This document shows, piece after piece, positions 51,280 through 64,000 of a stretch of 64,000 bases of DNA. The notes beneath the pieces are model-generated. The model was not told where the DNA came from and searched no databases. It was given only the letters and a program-made list of their open reading frames with translations. The stretch lies in assembly GCA_964016885.1 (NCBI GenBank), contig OZ024744.1, forward strand, positions 71,300,001 to 71,364,000, in the 5' to 3' direction. This DNA is from Eledone cirrhosa (taxonomy: Eukaryota). The position numbers and the translations under genes are program-made. Every line of letters starts with the position of its first letter. Positions within the stretch are counted from its first letter, which is position 1.

Positions 51280-54200
51280 GATAGATAGATAGATAGATAT
51301 ATTTCTTTATTAGCCACAGGGGCACAAAAGAAGGGGACAAATACAAAGGGGGAAGTTTACATACAATAAAAACGTGTAAAATGTCATCACAAATGCAATT
51401 TATAAAGTAAGTCGATTTTCCCCAATAGAGGGAGACAGTTTATATGGGTAACACATACCCCCGAAAAAATGTGCGACCCTCATCTCCAGGAGTACGAAGA
51501 GTTTGTACTCCTTTCCTCTCCTCCTCCTTTTCCTCAACCTACAGGCTGATATAGAGAGAAGGCCCATTCACTTGGGCCATTCTCGCCACTTTCACCCACC
51601 TTTCATAAAACTTGCTGGGGTACAGCACCTCTCTCTCCATCCTGATTCTTCTTCCAAAGTGGTATTTGAAAAAAAAGAATCAGTTGTTGGCCGGAGAGAA
51701 AGGTGTCTGACCTCAGCCCTTTCAACCTTGTCAACCATACAACCTCTTTCGCCATAGCTATCACACAAAGGAAAACCGCCTCTCCTTCGTTTTTGAAGGA
51801 GGGTGGCGGTTTGATCATGACAATGGACTCGGTGGTCAACCGGATTGGTCCCATCCGCGACAATAGTCGTTCTACATAGCCCCACAGGTCAGTGACTCCC
51901 GGGCAGTGCATGAATGCGTGCGCGACGGTTTCTTCGTCTCGCACGCACCTCGGACAGATCTTTTTTGCAGGGTCCCTGCCGGGCGCCCATGTCTGTAGAG
52001 CTTGTCTCGAACTGGTAGAGCCCCTCGGTAGCACTGCCAGGCCAGGGATTTTTGAAAGTTGTCCATCGGTCCCGGGCGGAAGGTCCTACTGAACAGACTG
52101 GTCAGTTCATCTTCCTCTACGCCTAGAGTTTCACCGAGCGCGTCGTCGCACATGCTGCGGATCAACCCTCTATAGAATGACGAAGTGGAGTCTCCACTGA
52201 TCGCCGGGTCCGCCTGCCAGAGGGCTGTGAGTGCCTGAGCACATTCGATGTGCCAGTCGCCCATTTTCCTCGGTCTTTGCTTGACCCAGGACTGCAGCTC
52301 GGTCAGCGAGACGAGTCGTGGGAAGGCTCGCCTCACGAACGGGGCCCACACCGGTTGTCCGGTGAGGCATACGTAGAGATGCCGCAGCCTGAGCGCGTGT
52401 TTGCGCATCGTCAACCACGGCATCCCCAGCCCTCCGTTAGAAGGTTGTTGGCAGCAGTTGGATCTTCTCACCAAAGGAGCCCGTTTCTTCCAAAGGAATT
52501 GGAAGAGCGCGCGCTCCACTTTGGCGAGCGTTTTGGCTGGACAAGGCACGACGGTCAAGCGGTAGTAGATGGCGGACGCTATAAAAGTGTTCGCCACCTC
52601 CGCTCGACCTTTCAAGGATAGTTTGCACTCGGCCCACTTCTGGGTGAGTGCAAACACCTTCGCCGTCACTTCGTTCCAGTTCTTCTCCACCTGGAGGTCC
52701 AGACCAAACCTGACCCCGAGCAGCTTTACCCGTCCTTCCGTCCAGCGTCCGACGACGCCATCGGAAGGCATCGGTTTGCCTCTCCACGATCCGAGTTGCA
52801 AACCGATGGACTTGTCCCGGTTCAGCTTCGCTCCTGTGAAACTTTCGTATTCCTTCAGTAAGGTGCGGACTTTTTCGATTTGCGAGGCGCTCAACACCAT
52901 TACTGTCACGTCGTCGGCGTAGGCCGACGCCGCTTTCCGCAGTCCCGGTTCCAGAGGGATGCCCTGCAATAGCTCCAACTTCCGCAGTAGTGGCTCGAGA
53001 GTCAGTACGTACAGAAGGGAGGAGAGAGGGCATCCCTGTCGAATGGATCGCGTAATATGGAACGGCTCCGAGAGGTAGCCGCTCACGTTGACCCTTGAGC
53101 AGATGTTACTGTTATGCATTGCAGCAATCCAGCCTCTGAACACGAGTCCGAAGCCTGCCGCCTCGACCACCGCATCCAGGTAACGATGGTCAACCCTATC
53201 GAAAGCCTTAGACTGATCCAAGTTGATCAGGGCCCCACCGAAGCCGGATTTACACCCTACCCTCTCTATGATGTATCGCATGAGGTGGAGGTTGTCGTGT
53301 ATGGACCTGGTCGGGATTGCGCATGTCTGCGCTTCTCCCAGCAGGTTCTCGACGACAAGCGCCAGCCTCTTTACCAACACCTTGGCTAAAATCTGTAACT
53401 CTGTGTTTAGCAGAGTTACGGGCCGGAAGTTGCCTATGTCATCCCCCTTATTCTCGTCCTTCCTGATTAGTGAGACTACGCCCCCGGCTACAGAACTGGG
53501 AATTCTCCCGTTCTGTTGCCAGTTGCAGTAGACCGCTTCCAGGAGACCGGAGAATAAGTCCGGCATTGCTACGTAAAATTCGTAGGGTAGACCGTCGAGA
53601 CCTGGAGATTTGCGTTTGCCGCATTGGCTCAGCGGGTCCCCTATCTCAGCGGCTGAAATCGGCCTTTCACAGAACTTTGCCTTACTGTCCGAGAGTTGCA
53701 GTAGGCCATCGAGGTATGGACCGAAATCTATAGCCCTTCCAGGCGCGCTGACCCTCCCGAAGAGTTGAGCAAAGTGCCGCTGAAAGGCTGCACACATCTG
53801 CTTCGGCTCACGTGTCACGCCTCCGTTTTGGTCCTTCAAAGACCGAATCGTGGACTTGTTGCCACTTTTTGCCTCCGTCACTTGGGCCCACCTAACAGCT
53901 TTGGCTCCCTCGTTTCCCAGAGCACGTATTTTGCTTCTGACAACGCAGCCCTCGTGCTTTGCGTCGAAGAACTGGTCCAAGGCCGTTCTCGTTGATAGCA
54001 CGCTGGCTACGTTGCCACTTCTAATTGCCTCTTCTACTTTATCTACCAGTTCCTTCTCGGTTCTATTTCTATCACGCTAATTCTTTACTAAAAACTATCG
54101 AGTCTAATCTAACTGCCCTCTTGAGAGAGTACCACCATCTGTTGTTGACAATGGCCCCTGTCAAGTGCTGTTTAACTAAAGTGCTAATCCGTCTACTGTA

Positions 54201-55764
54201 GGCTTTGCTTGTCGGTAACGACAAGTTCAGCTTCCAGTAGCCGGGTACTTGTCTATGGGTTCTATCAAGGTTGGCCATGCAGGTCACTAGTTTGTGATCT
54301 GAATAGGCAACCATGAACATTTGTGGACAGTTTAACATGTCCCTATCTTATTTCTAACTAGAACCCTATCTAGGTACGATCTAGATGTTCCGCTACGATT
54401 ACTCCACGTCCACAGTGGCGCAGTCGGAAAATCTAGTCGATATCTATCGGCCAGGTCAAATCGGTCGATTAACTGTTTGAGGCTGTTACACCCCCCTTTA
54501 TCGGGACATGCTCCCACATAGTCCCAACGTGCATCTAGGATTCCATTCCAGTCCCACACTAAAAGCAAGGAGCGGGACGTTCCCAGAAAAGTCTCTAGAC
54601 GTTTGAAGAAGTCTGGCCGCGGTGTCCCGGATGGGGCATATGCGGCCACCAGCCTGAAGGCTCCACCTTCTCTACCGCCAACGTCTAGGACCACCAGTCG
54701 ACCCTCCGGGTCCAGATGTACCGTCTGTGTTACGAGGCCCAGGTGTTTCCGCAGCAAAACGGCAACTCCGCCCCCACCCATCCGGTTAACAGAGAGATGC
54801 GTAGATCTCAAAGTCATCGAAGATGGGGGCCAGCTGTCACTCGCTCTACATCCTGGACTTGAAAATGGCTACCACATCCATACTGTGCGACCTGAGGTCG
54901 TTTAAGAGTTTGCCCTGTTTCCAGGGCATCCCCAGGCCGCGTACGTTCACACATCCAACTCTTATATTGGCCATGTTGGTGCTGAATAGTTTTGAGAGCA
55001 GTTTCCTTGCGAATTTCTACTGGAGAATTGATGCTGAAAGCACCATTTTTTTCGAAAGTGACATATCTCCTAGCGTCCTTTAAAAGTTGTTCAGCATTTG
55101 TTATGTCGAGATATGTCAGTTTCTCCTTTTTCTGAACTGTCTGTGCAAAGGGGATTTTGGTTTCTTTGTGGAATTATCTGTGTTGGTGTTGTCATTATTG
55201 TTGTTATTGTTGTTGTTATTCTTGTTGTCACCGATGTTGATATTATTCGTATTTTCCTTGGTGTTGTTGTTGTCTTTGATGCTGGTGTTATTGGTGCTGT
55301 CTTTATTTTTTTCTTTGTTGTTATCATTGTTGTTTTTATCATCATTATTGGTGTTGCTGTTATTTTTGTTGTCATTGAACTGTTTGGTGTCAATTGTGTT
55401 GTTTGGATATGAATTTGTTTTTACATTTTCATTTCGTCTTTCCATCTCTATTGTATCTATTGAGAAGGAAAGGGAAGACGATGTTGACTGCGAGCTTTGT
55501 AGTCTTACCGCCTCTCCACCACCATTATCGTTGAACGCAGCGTTCATAACGTAATCAAACTTTTACAATATTTTTTCCAAGATTCGATGTAGAAAAAGTT
55601 TTCAAAGGAATATTTCGCCCCTGCAGGGGCGAAAATGAGTTGACCCACCATCTGAAGGTCCAGACGGGTGGTCAAGTTACACAATGATATAAAATTTAAC
55701 TGAAAACTCACGTTTTTTTCTTACACAAAATAACGGAAACTTCTCCGCGAAGTTACACACGTCT
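51280..55764 (-). mobile_element. Tx1/L1 copy C (ORF1 internally deleted)
   Basis: ORF2 54974-51539 including the 709-aa piece 54001-51872. ORF1 starts at 55547 and is joined at ~54986 to the ORF2 leader. Confidence 0.93.
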
Positions 55765-58700
55765 GATAGAGAGAGATAGATATATTTCTTTATCAGCCAC
55801 AGGGGCACAAAAGAAGGGGGCAAATACAAAGGGGGAAGTTTACATACAATAAAAACGTGTAAAATGTTATCACAAATGCAATTTATAAAGTTAGTCGATT
55901 TTCCCCAATATAGGGAGACAGTTTATATGGGTAACACATACCCCCGAAAAAAAATGTGCAACCCTCATCTCCAGGAGTACGAAGAGTTTGTACTCCTTTC
56001 CTCTCCTCCTCCTTTTCCTCAACCTACAGGCTGATATAGAGAGAAGGCCCATTCACTCGGGCCATTCTCGCCACTTTCACTCACCTTTCATAAAACTTGC
56101 TGGGGTACAGCACCTCCCACTCCATCCTGATTCTTCTTCCAAAGTGGTATTTGAAAAAAAGAATCAGTTGTTGGCTGAAGAGAAAGGTGTGTGACCTCAG
56201 CCCTTTCAACCTTGTCCACCATACAACCTCTTTCGCCATAGCTATCACACAAAGGAAAACCGCCTCTCCCTCGTTTTTGAAGGAGAGTGGCGGTTTGATC
56301 ATGACCATGGACTCGGTGGTCAACCGGATTGGTCCCATCCGCGACAATAGTCGTTCTACATAGCCCCACAGGTCAGTGACGCCCGGGCAGTGTATGAATG
56401 CGTGCGCGACGGTTTCTTCGTCTCGCACGCACCTCGGACAGATCTTTTTTGCAGGGTCCCTGCCCAGGCGCACATGTCTCTAGAGCTTGTCTCGAACTGG
56501 TAGAGTTCCTCGGTAGCACTGCCAGGCCAGGGACTTTTGGAAGTTGTCAATCGGTCCCGGGCGGAAGGTCCTACCGAACAGACTGGCCAGTTCATCTTCC
56601 TCTACGCCTAGAGTTTCACCGAGCGCGTCGTCGCACTTGCTGCGGATCAACCCTCTACAGAATGACGAAGTGGAGTCTCCACTGATCGCCGGGTCCGCCT
56701 GCCAGAAGGCTGTGAGCGCCTGAGCACATTCGATGTGCCAGTCGCCCATTTTCCTCGGTCTTTGCTTGACCCAGGCCTGCAGCTCGGTCAGCGAGACGAG
56801 TCGTGGGAAGGCTCGCCTCACGAACGGGGCCCACACCGGTTGTCCGGTGAGGAATACGTAGAGATGCCGCAGCCTGAGCGCGTGTTTGCGCATCGTCAAC
56901 CACGGCATCCCAGCCCTCCATTAGAAGGGTGTTGGCAGCAGATGGATCTTCTCACCAAATGATCCCGCCTCTTCCAGAGGAATTGGAAGAGCGCGCGCTC
57001 CTTTTTGACGAGTGTTTTGGCTGGACAAGGCACGACGGTCAAGCGGTAGTAGATGGCGGACGCTATAAAAGTGTTCGCCACCTCCGCTCGACTTTTCAAG
57101 GATAGTTTGCACTTGGCCCACTTCTGGGTGAGTGCAAACACCTTGGCCGTCACTTCGTTCCAGTTCTTCTCCACCTGGAGGTCTGGACAAAACCAGACCC
57201 CGAGTAGTTTTACCGGTCCTTCCGTCCAGCGTCCAACGACGCCATCAGAAGGGATCGGTTTGCTTCTCCACGATCCGAGTTGCAAACCGATATACTTGTC
57301 CCGGTTCAGCTTCGCTCCTGTGAAACTTTCGTATTCCTTCAGTAAGGTGCCGACTTCCTCGATTTGCGAGGCGCTCGACACCATTAATGAAACGTCGTCG
57401 GCGTAGGCCGACGCCGCTTTCCGCAGTCCCGGTTCCAGAGGGATGCCCTGCAATAGCTCCAACTTCCGCAGTAGTGGCTCGAGAGTCAGTACATACAGAA
57501 GGGAGGAGAGAGGGCATCCCTGTCGAATGAATCGCGTAATATGGAACGGCTCCGAGAGGTAGCCGTTCACCTTGACCCTTGAGCAGATTCTGCTGTTGTT
57601 CATTGCAGCAATCCAGCCTCTGAACACGAGTCCGAAGCCTGCCGCCTCGACCACCGCATCCAGGTAACGATGGTCAACCCTATCGAAAGCCTTAGACTGA
57701 TCCAAGTTGATCAGGGCCCCACCGAAGCCGGATTTACACCCTACCCTCTCTATGATGTATCGCATGAGGTGGAGGTTGTCGTGTATGGACCTGGTCGGGA
57801 TTGCGCATGTCTGCGCTTCTCCCAGCAGGTTCTCGACGACAAGCGCCAGCCTCTTTACCAACACCTTGGCTAAAATCTGTAACTCTGTGTTTAGCAGAGT
57901 TACGGGCCGGAAGTTGCCTATGTCATCCCCCTTATTCTCGTCCTTCCTGATTAGTGAGACTACGCCCCCGGCTACAGAACTGGGAATTCTCCCGTTCTGT
58001 TGCCAGTTGCAGTAGACCGCTTCCAGGAGACCGGAGAATAAGTCCGGCATTGCTACGTAAAATTCGTAGGGTAGACCGTCGAGACCTGGAGATTTGCGTT
58101 TGCCGCATTGGCTCAGCGGGTCCCCTATCTCAGCGGCTGAAATCGGCCTTTCGCAGAACTTTGCCTTACTGTCCGAGAGTTGCAGTAGGCCATCGAGGTA
58201 TGGACCGAAATCTATAGCCCTTCCAGGCGCGCTGACCCTCCCGAAGAGTTGAGCAAAGTGCCGCTGAAAGGCTGCACACATCTGCTTCGGCTCACGTGTC
58301 ACGCCTCCGTTTTGGTCCTTCAAAGACCGAATCGTGGACTTGTTGCCACTTTTTGCCTCCGTCACTTGGGCCCACCTAACAGCTTTGGCTCCCTCGTTTC
58401 CCAGAGCACGTATTTTGCTTCTGACAACGCAGCCCTCGTGCTTTGCGTCGAAGAACTGGTCCAAGGCCGTTCTCGTTGATAGCACGCTGGCTACGTTGCC
58501 ACTTCTAATTGCCTCTTCTACTTTATCTACCAGTTCCTTCTCGGTTCTATTTCTATCACGCTAATTCTTTACTAAAAACTATCGAGTCTAATCTAACTGC
58601 CCTCTTGAGAGAGTACCACCATCTGTTGTTGACAATGGCCCCTGTCAAGTGCTGTTTAACTAAAGTGCTAATCCGTCTACTGTAGGCTTTGCTTGTCGGT

Positions 58701-60248
58701 AACGACAAGTTCAGCTTCCAGTAGCCGGGTACTTGTCTATGGGTTCTATCAAGGTTGGCCATGCAGGTCACTAGTTTGTGATCTGAATAGGCAACCATGA
58801 ACATTTGTGGACAGTTTAACATGTCCCTATCTTATTTCTAACTAGAACCCTATCTAGGTACGATCTAGATGTTCCGCTACGATTACTCCACGTCCACAGT
58901 GGCGCAGTCGGAAAATCTAGTCGATATCTATCGGCCAGGTCAAATCGGTCGATTAACTGTTTGAGGCTGTTACACCCCCCTTTATCGGGACATGCTCCCA
59001 CATAGTCCCAACGTGCATCTAGGATTCCATTCCAGTCCCACACTAAAAGCAAGGAGCGGGACGTTCCCAGAAAAGTCTCTAGACGTTTGAAGAAGTCTGG
59101 CCGCGGTGTCCCGGATGGGGCATATGCGGCCACCAGCCTGAAGGCTCCACCTTCTCTACCGCCAACGTCTAGGACCACCAGTCGACCCTCCGGGTCCAGA
59201 TGTACCGTCTGTGTTACGAGGCCCAGGTGTTTCCGCAGCAAAACGGCAACTCCGCCCCCACCCATCCGGTTAACAGAGAGATGCGTAGATCTCAAAGTCA
59301 TCGAAGATGGGGGCCAGCTGTCACTCGCTCTACATCCTGGACTTGAAAATGGCTACCACATCCATACTGTGCGACCTGAGGTCGTTTAAGAGTTTGCCCT
59401 GTTTCCAGGGCATCCCCAGGCCGCGTACGTTCACACATCCAACTCTTATATTGGCCATGTTGGTGCTGAATAGTTTTGAGAGCAGTTTCCTTGCGAATTT
59501 CTACTGGAGAATTGATGCTGAAAGCACCATTTTTTTCGAAAGTGACATATCTCCTAGCGTCCTTTAAAAGTTGTTCAGCATTTGTTATGTCGAGATATGT
59601 CAGTTTCTCCTTTTTCTGAACTGTCTGTGCAAAGGGGATTTTGGTTTCTTTGTGGAATTATCTGTGTTGGTGTTGTCATTATTGTTGTTATTGTTGTTGT
59701 TATTCTTGTTGTCACCGATGTTGATATTATTCGTATTTTCCTTGGTGTTGTTGTTGTCTTTGATGCTGGTGTTATTGGTGCTGTCTTTATTTTTTTCTTT
59801 GTTGTTATCATTGTTGTTTTTATCATCATTATTGGTGTTGCTGTTATTTTTGTTGTCATTGAACTGTTTGGTGTCAATTGTGTTGTTTGGATATGAATTT
59901 GTTTTTACATTTTCATTTCGTCTTTCCATCTCTATTGTATCTATTGAGAAGGAAAGGGAAGACGATGTTGACTGCGAGCTTTGTAGTCTTACCGCCTCTC
60001 CACCACCATTATCGTTGAACGCAGCGTTCATAACGTAATCAAACTTTTACAATATTTTTTCCAAGATTCGATGTAGAAAAAGTTTTCAAAGGAATATTTC
60101 GCCCCTGCAGGGGCGAAAATGAGTTGACCCACCATCTGAAGGTCCAGACGGGTGGTCAAGTTACACAATGATATAAAATTTAACTGAAAACTCACGTTTT
60201 TTTCTTACACAAAATAACGGAAACTTCTCCGCGAAGTTACACACGTCT
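55765..60248 (-). mobile_element. Tx1/L1 copy D (ORF1-deleted, 4,484-bp unit)
   Basis: ORF2 59458-56024 with frameshifts and a stop; ORF1 stub from 60031; ORF coordinates offset 4,484 from copies C and E. Confidence 0.93.
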
Positions 60249-63200
60249 GATAGAGAGAGATAGATATATTTCTTTATCAGCCACAGGGGCACAAAAGAAG
60301 GGGGCAAATACAAAGGGGGAAGTTTACATACAATAAAAACGTGTAAAATGTTATCACAAATGCAATTTATAAAGTTAGTCGATTTTCCCCAATATAGGGA
60401 GACAGTTTATATGGGTAACACATACCCCCGAAAAAAAATGTGCAACCCTCATCTCCAGGAGTACGAAGAGTTTGTACTCCTTTCCTCTCCTCCTCCTTTT
60501 CCTCAACCTACAGGCTGATATAGAGAGAAGGCCCATTCACTCGGGCCATTCTCGCCACTTTCACTCACCTTTCATAAAACTTGCTGGGGTACAGCACCTC
60601 CCACTCCATCCTGATTCTTCTTCCAAAGTGGTATTTGAAAAAAAGAATCAGTTGTTGGCTGAAGAGAAAGGTGTGTGACCTCAGCCCTTTCAACCTTGTC
60701 CACCATACAACCTCTTTCGCCATAGCTATCACACAAAGGAAAACCGCCTCTCCCTCGTTTTTGAAGGAGAGTGGCGGTTTGATCATGACCATGGACTCGG
60801 TGGTCAACCGGATTGGTCCCATCCGCGACAATAGTCGTTCTACATAGCCCCACAGGTCAGTGACGCCCGGGCAGTGTATGAATGCGTGCGCGACGGTTTC
60901 TTCGTCTCGCACGCACCTCGGACAGATCTTTTTTGCAGGGTCCCTGCCCAGGCGCACATGTCTCTAGAGCTTGTCTCGAACTGGTAGAGTTCCTCGGTAG
61001 CACTGCCAGGCCAGGGACTTTTGGAAGTTGTCAATCGGTCCCGGGCGGAAGGTCCTACCGAACAGACTGGCCAGTTCATCTTCCTCTACGCCTAGAGTTT
61101 CACCGAGCGCGTCGTCGCACTTGCTGCGGATCAACCCTCTACAGAATGACGAAGTGGAGTCTCCACTGATCGCCGGGTCCGCCTGCCAGAAGGCTGTGAG
61201 CGCCTGAGCACATTCGATGTGCCAGTCGCCCATTTTCCTCGGTCTTTGCTTGACCCAGGCCTGCAGCTCGGTCAGCGAGACGAGTCGTGGGAAGGCTCGC
61301 CTCACGAACGGGGCCCACACCGGTTGTCCGGTGAGGAATACGTAGAGATGCCGCAGCCTGAGCGCGTGTTTGCGCATCGTCAACCACGGCATCCCAGCCC
61401 TCCATTAGAAGGGTGTTGGCAGCAGATGGATCTTCTCACCAAATGATCCCGCCTCTTCCAGAGGAATTGGAAGAGCGCGCGCTCCTTTTTGACGAGTGTT
61501 TTGGCTGGACAAGGCACGACGGTCAAGCGGTAGTAGATGGCGGACGCTATAAAAGTGTTCGCCACCTCCGCTCGACTTTTCAAGGATAGTTTGCACTTGG
61601 CCCACTTCTGGGTGAGTGCAAACACCTTGGCCGTCACTTCGTTCCAGTTCTTCTCCACCTGGAGGTCTGGACAAAACCAGACCCCGAGTAGTTTTACCGG
61701 TCCTTCCGTCCAGCGTCCAACGACGCCATCAGAAGGGATCGGTTTGCTTCTCCACGATCCGAGTTGCAAACCGATATACTTGTCCCGGTTCAGCTTCGCT
61801 CCTGTGAAACTTTCGTATTCCTTCAGTAAGGTGCCGACTTCCTCGATTTGCGAGGCGCTCGACACCATTAATGAAACGTCGTCGGCGTAGGCCGACGCCG
61901 CTTTCCGCAGTCCCGGTTCCAGAGGGATGCCCTGCAATAGCTCCAACTTCCGCAGTAGTGGCTCGAGAGTCAGTACATACAGAAGGGAGGAGAGAGGGCA
62001 TCCCTGTCGAATGAATCGCGTAATATGGAACGGCTCCGAGAGGTAGCCGTTCACCTTGACCCTTGAGCAGATTCTGCTGTTGTTCATTGCAGCAATCCAG
62101 CCTCTGAACACGAGTCCGAAGCCTGCCGCCTCGACCACCGCATCCAGGTAACGATGGTCAACCCTATCGAAAGCCTTAGACTGATCCAAGTTGATCAGGG
62201 CCCCACCGAAGCCGGATTTACACCCTACCCTCTCTATGATGTATCGCATGAGGTGGAGGTTGTCGTGTATGGACCTGGTCGGGATTGCGCATGTCTGCGC
62301 TTCTCCCAGCAGGTTCTCGACGACAAGCGCCAGCCTCTTTACCAACACCTTGGCTAAAATCTGTAACTCTGTGTTTAGCAGAGTTACGGGCCGGAAGTTG
62401 CCTATGTCATCCCCCTTATTCTCGTCCTTCCTGATTAGTGAGACTACGCCCCCGGCTACAGAACTGGGAATTCTCCCGTTCTGTTGCCAGTTGCAGTAGA
62501 CCGCTTCCAGGAGACCGGAGAATAAGTCCGGCATTGCTACGTAAAATTCGTAGGGTAGACCGTCGAGACCTGGAGATTTGCGTTTGCCGCATTGGCTCAG
62601 CGGGTCCCCTATCTCAGCGGCTGAAATCGGCCTTTCGCAGAACTTTGCCTTACTGTCCGAGAGTTGCAGTAGGCCATCGAGGTATGGACCGAAATCTATA
62701 GCCCTTCCAGGCGCGCTGACCCTCCCGAAGAGTTGAGCAAAGTGCCGCTGAAAGGCTGCACACATCTGCTTCGGCTCACGTGTCACGCCTCCGTTTTGGT
62801 CCTTCAAAGACCGAATCGTGGACTTGTTGCCACTTTTTGCCTCCGTCACTTGGGCCCACCTAACAGCTTTGGCTCCCTCGTTTCCCAGAGCACGTATTTT
62901 GCTTCTGACAACGCAGCCCTCGTGCTTTGCGTCGAAGAACTGGTCCAAGGCCGTTCTCGTTGATAGCACGCTGGCTACGTTGCCACTTCTAATTGCCTCT
63001 TCTACTTTATCTACCAGTTCCTTCTCGGTTCTATTTCTATCACGCTAATTCTTTACTAAAAACTATCGAGTCTAATCTAACTGCCCTCTTGAGAGAGTAC
63101 CACCATCTGTTGTTGACAATGGCCCCTGTCAAGTGCTGTTTAACTAAAGTGCTAATCCGTCTACTGTAGGCTTTGCTTGTCGGTAACGACAAGTTCAGCT

Positions 63201-64000
63201 TCCAGTAGCCGGGTACTTGTCTATGGGTTCTATCAAGGTTGGCCATGCAGGTCACTAGTTTGTGATCTGAATAGGCAACCATGAACATTTGTGGACAGTT
63301 TAACATGTCCCTATCTTATTTCTAACTAGAACCCTATCTAGGTACGATCTAGATGTTCCGCTACGATTACTCCACGTCCACAGTGGCGCAGTCGGAAAAT
63401 CTAGTCGATATCTATCGGCCAGGTCAAATCGGTCGATTAACTGTTTGAGGCTGTTACACCCCCCTTTATCGGGACATGCTCCCACATAGTCCCAACGTGC
63501 ATCTAGGATTCCATTCCAGTCCCACACTAAAAGCAAGGAGCGGGACGTTCCCAGAAAAGTCTCTAGACGTTTGAAGAAGTCTGGCCGCGGTGTCCCGGAT
63601 GGGGCATATGCGGCCACCAGCCTGAAGGCTCCACCTTCTCTACCGCCAACGTCTAGGACCACCAGTCGACCCTCCGGGTCCAGATGTACCGTCTGTGTTA
63701 CGAGGCCCAGGTGTTTCCGCAGCAAAACGGCAACTCCGCCCCCACCCATCCGGTTAACAGAGAGATGCGTAGATCTCAAAGTCATCGAAGATGGGGGCCA
63801 GCTGTCACTCGCTCTACATCCTGGACTTGAAAATGGCTACCACATCCATACTGTGCGACCTGAGGTCGTTTAAGAGTTTGCCCTGTTTCCAGGGCATCCC
63901 CAGGCCGCGTACGTTCACACATCCAACTCTTATATTGGCCATGTTGGTGCTGAATAGTTTTGAGAGCAGTTTCCTTGCGAATTTCTACTGGAGAATTGAT
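60249..64000 (-). mobile_element. Tx1/L1 copy E (ORF1-deleted, cut by window end)
   Basis: Translations identical to copy D at +4,484; ORF2 ATG at 63942 and the same deletion junction. Confidence 0.93.

Larger units (their letters stand above)
37051..64000 (-). mobile_element. Head-to-tail tandem array of L1/Tx1-clade non-LTR retrotransposons (continues past the window end)
   Basis: Repeated ORF1 (CX2CX4HX4C knuckle) and ORF2 (APE endonuclease, RT, C-terminal CCHC) modules, all on the minus strand. Intact junctions read AATAAAGAAAT-(TATC/TC)n directly into the next 5' end. Confidence 0.95.

Noticed and set aside
54975-55000. ORF1 deletion as a spliced retrocopy
   Set aside because: The junction retains TTCAG and has no GT donor; AAC microhomology explains it.
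37279-63873. Numerous plus-strand ORFs over the array
   Set aside because: Antisense shadows of GC-rich ORF2 and low-complexity ORF1 with no independent motifs.

Overview
AT-rich, microsatellite-laden eukaryotic DNA with no recognisable host gene; the repeat content looks like an octopus/cephalopod genome (inference). Positions 1-37 kb are a graveyard of decayed mobile elements: RTE, R4/Dong, CR1 and CRE LINE fragments, a DD37D mariner remnant, many copies of one tRNA-derived SINE, piggyBac/hAT/mariner MITEs, Helitron-like pieces, a candidate solo LTR, and (TA)n-embedded Penelope-type remnants carrying minimal hammerhead ribozymes. From ~37,050 to the window end is an uninterrupted minus-strand head-to-tail array of L1/Tx1-clade retrotransposons (six large units plus a ~250-bp 3' fragment). 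Units are joined tail-to-head through (TATC/TC)n, except one 3'-truncated copy. The 3' fragment has a target-site duplication spanning the tail/head junction, which suggests self-targeting. The right part of the array is a near-identical 4,484-bp tandem of an ORF1-deleted copy. Every copy has frameshifts or stops. A two-hairpin 5'UTR structure is conserved between the two subfamilies despite sequence turnover.
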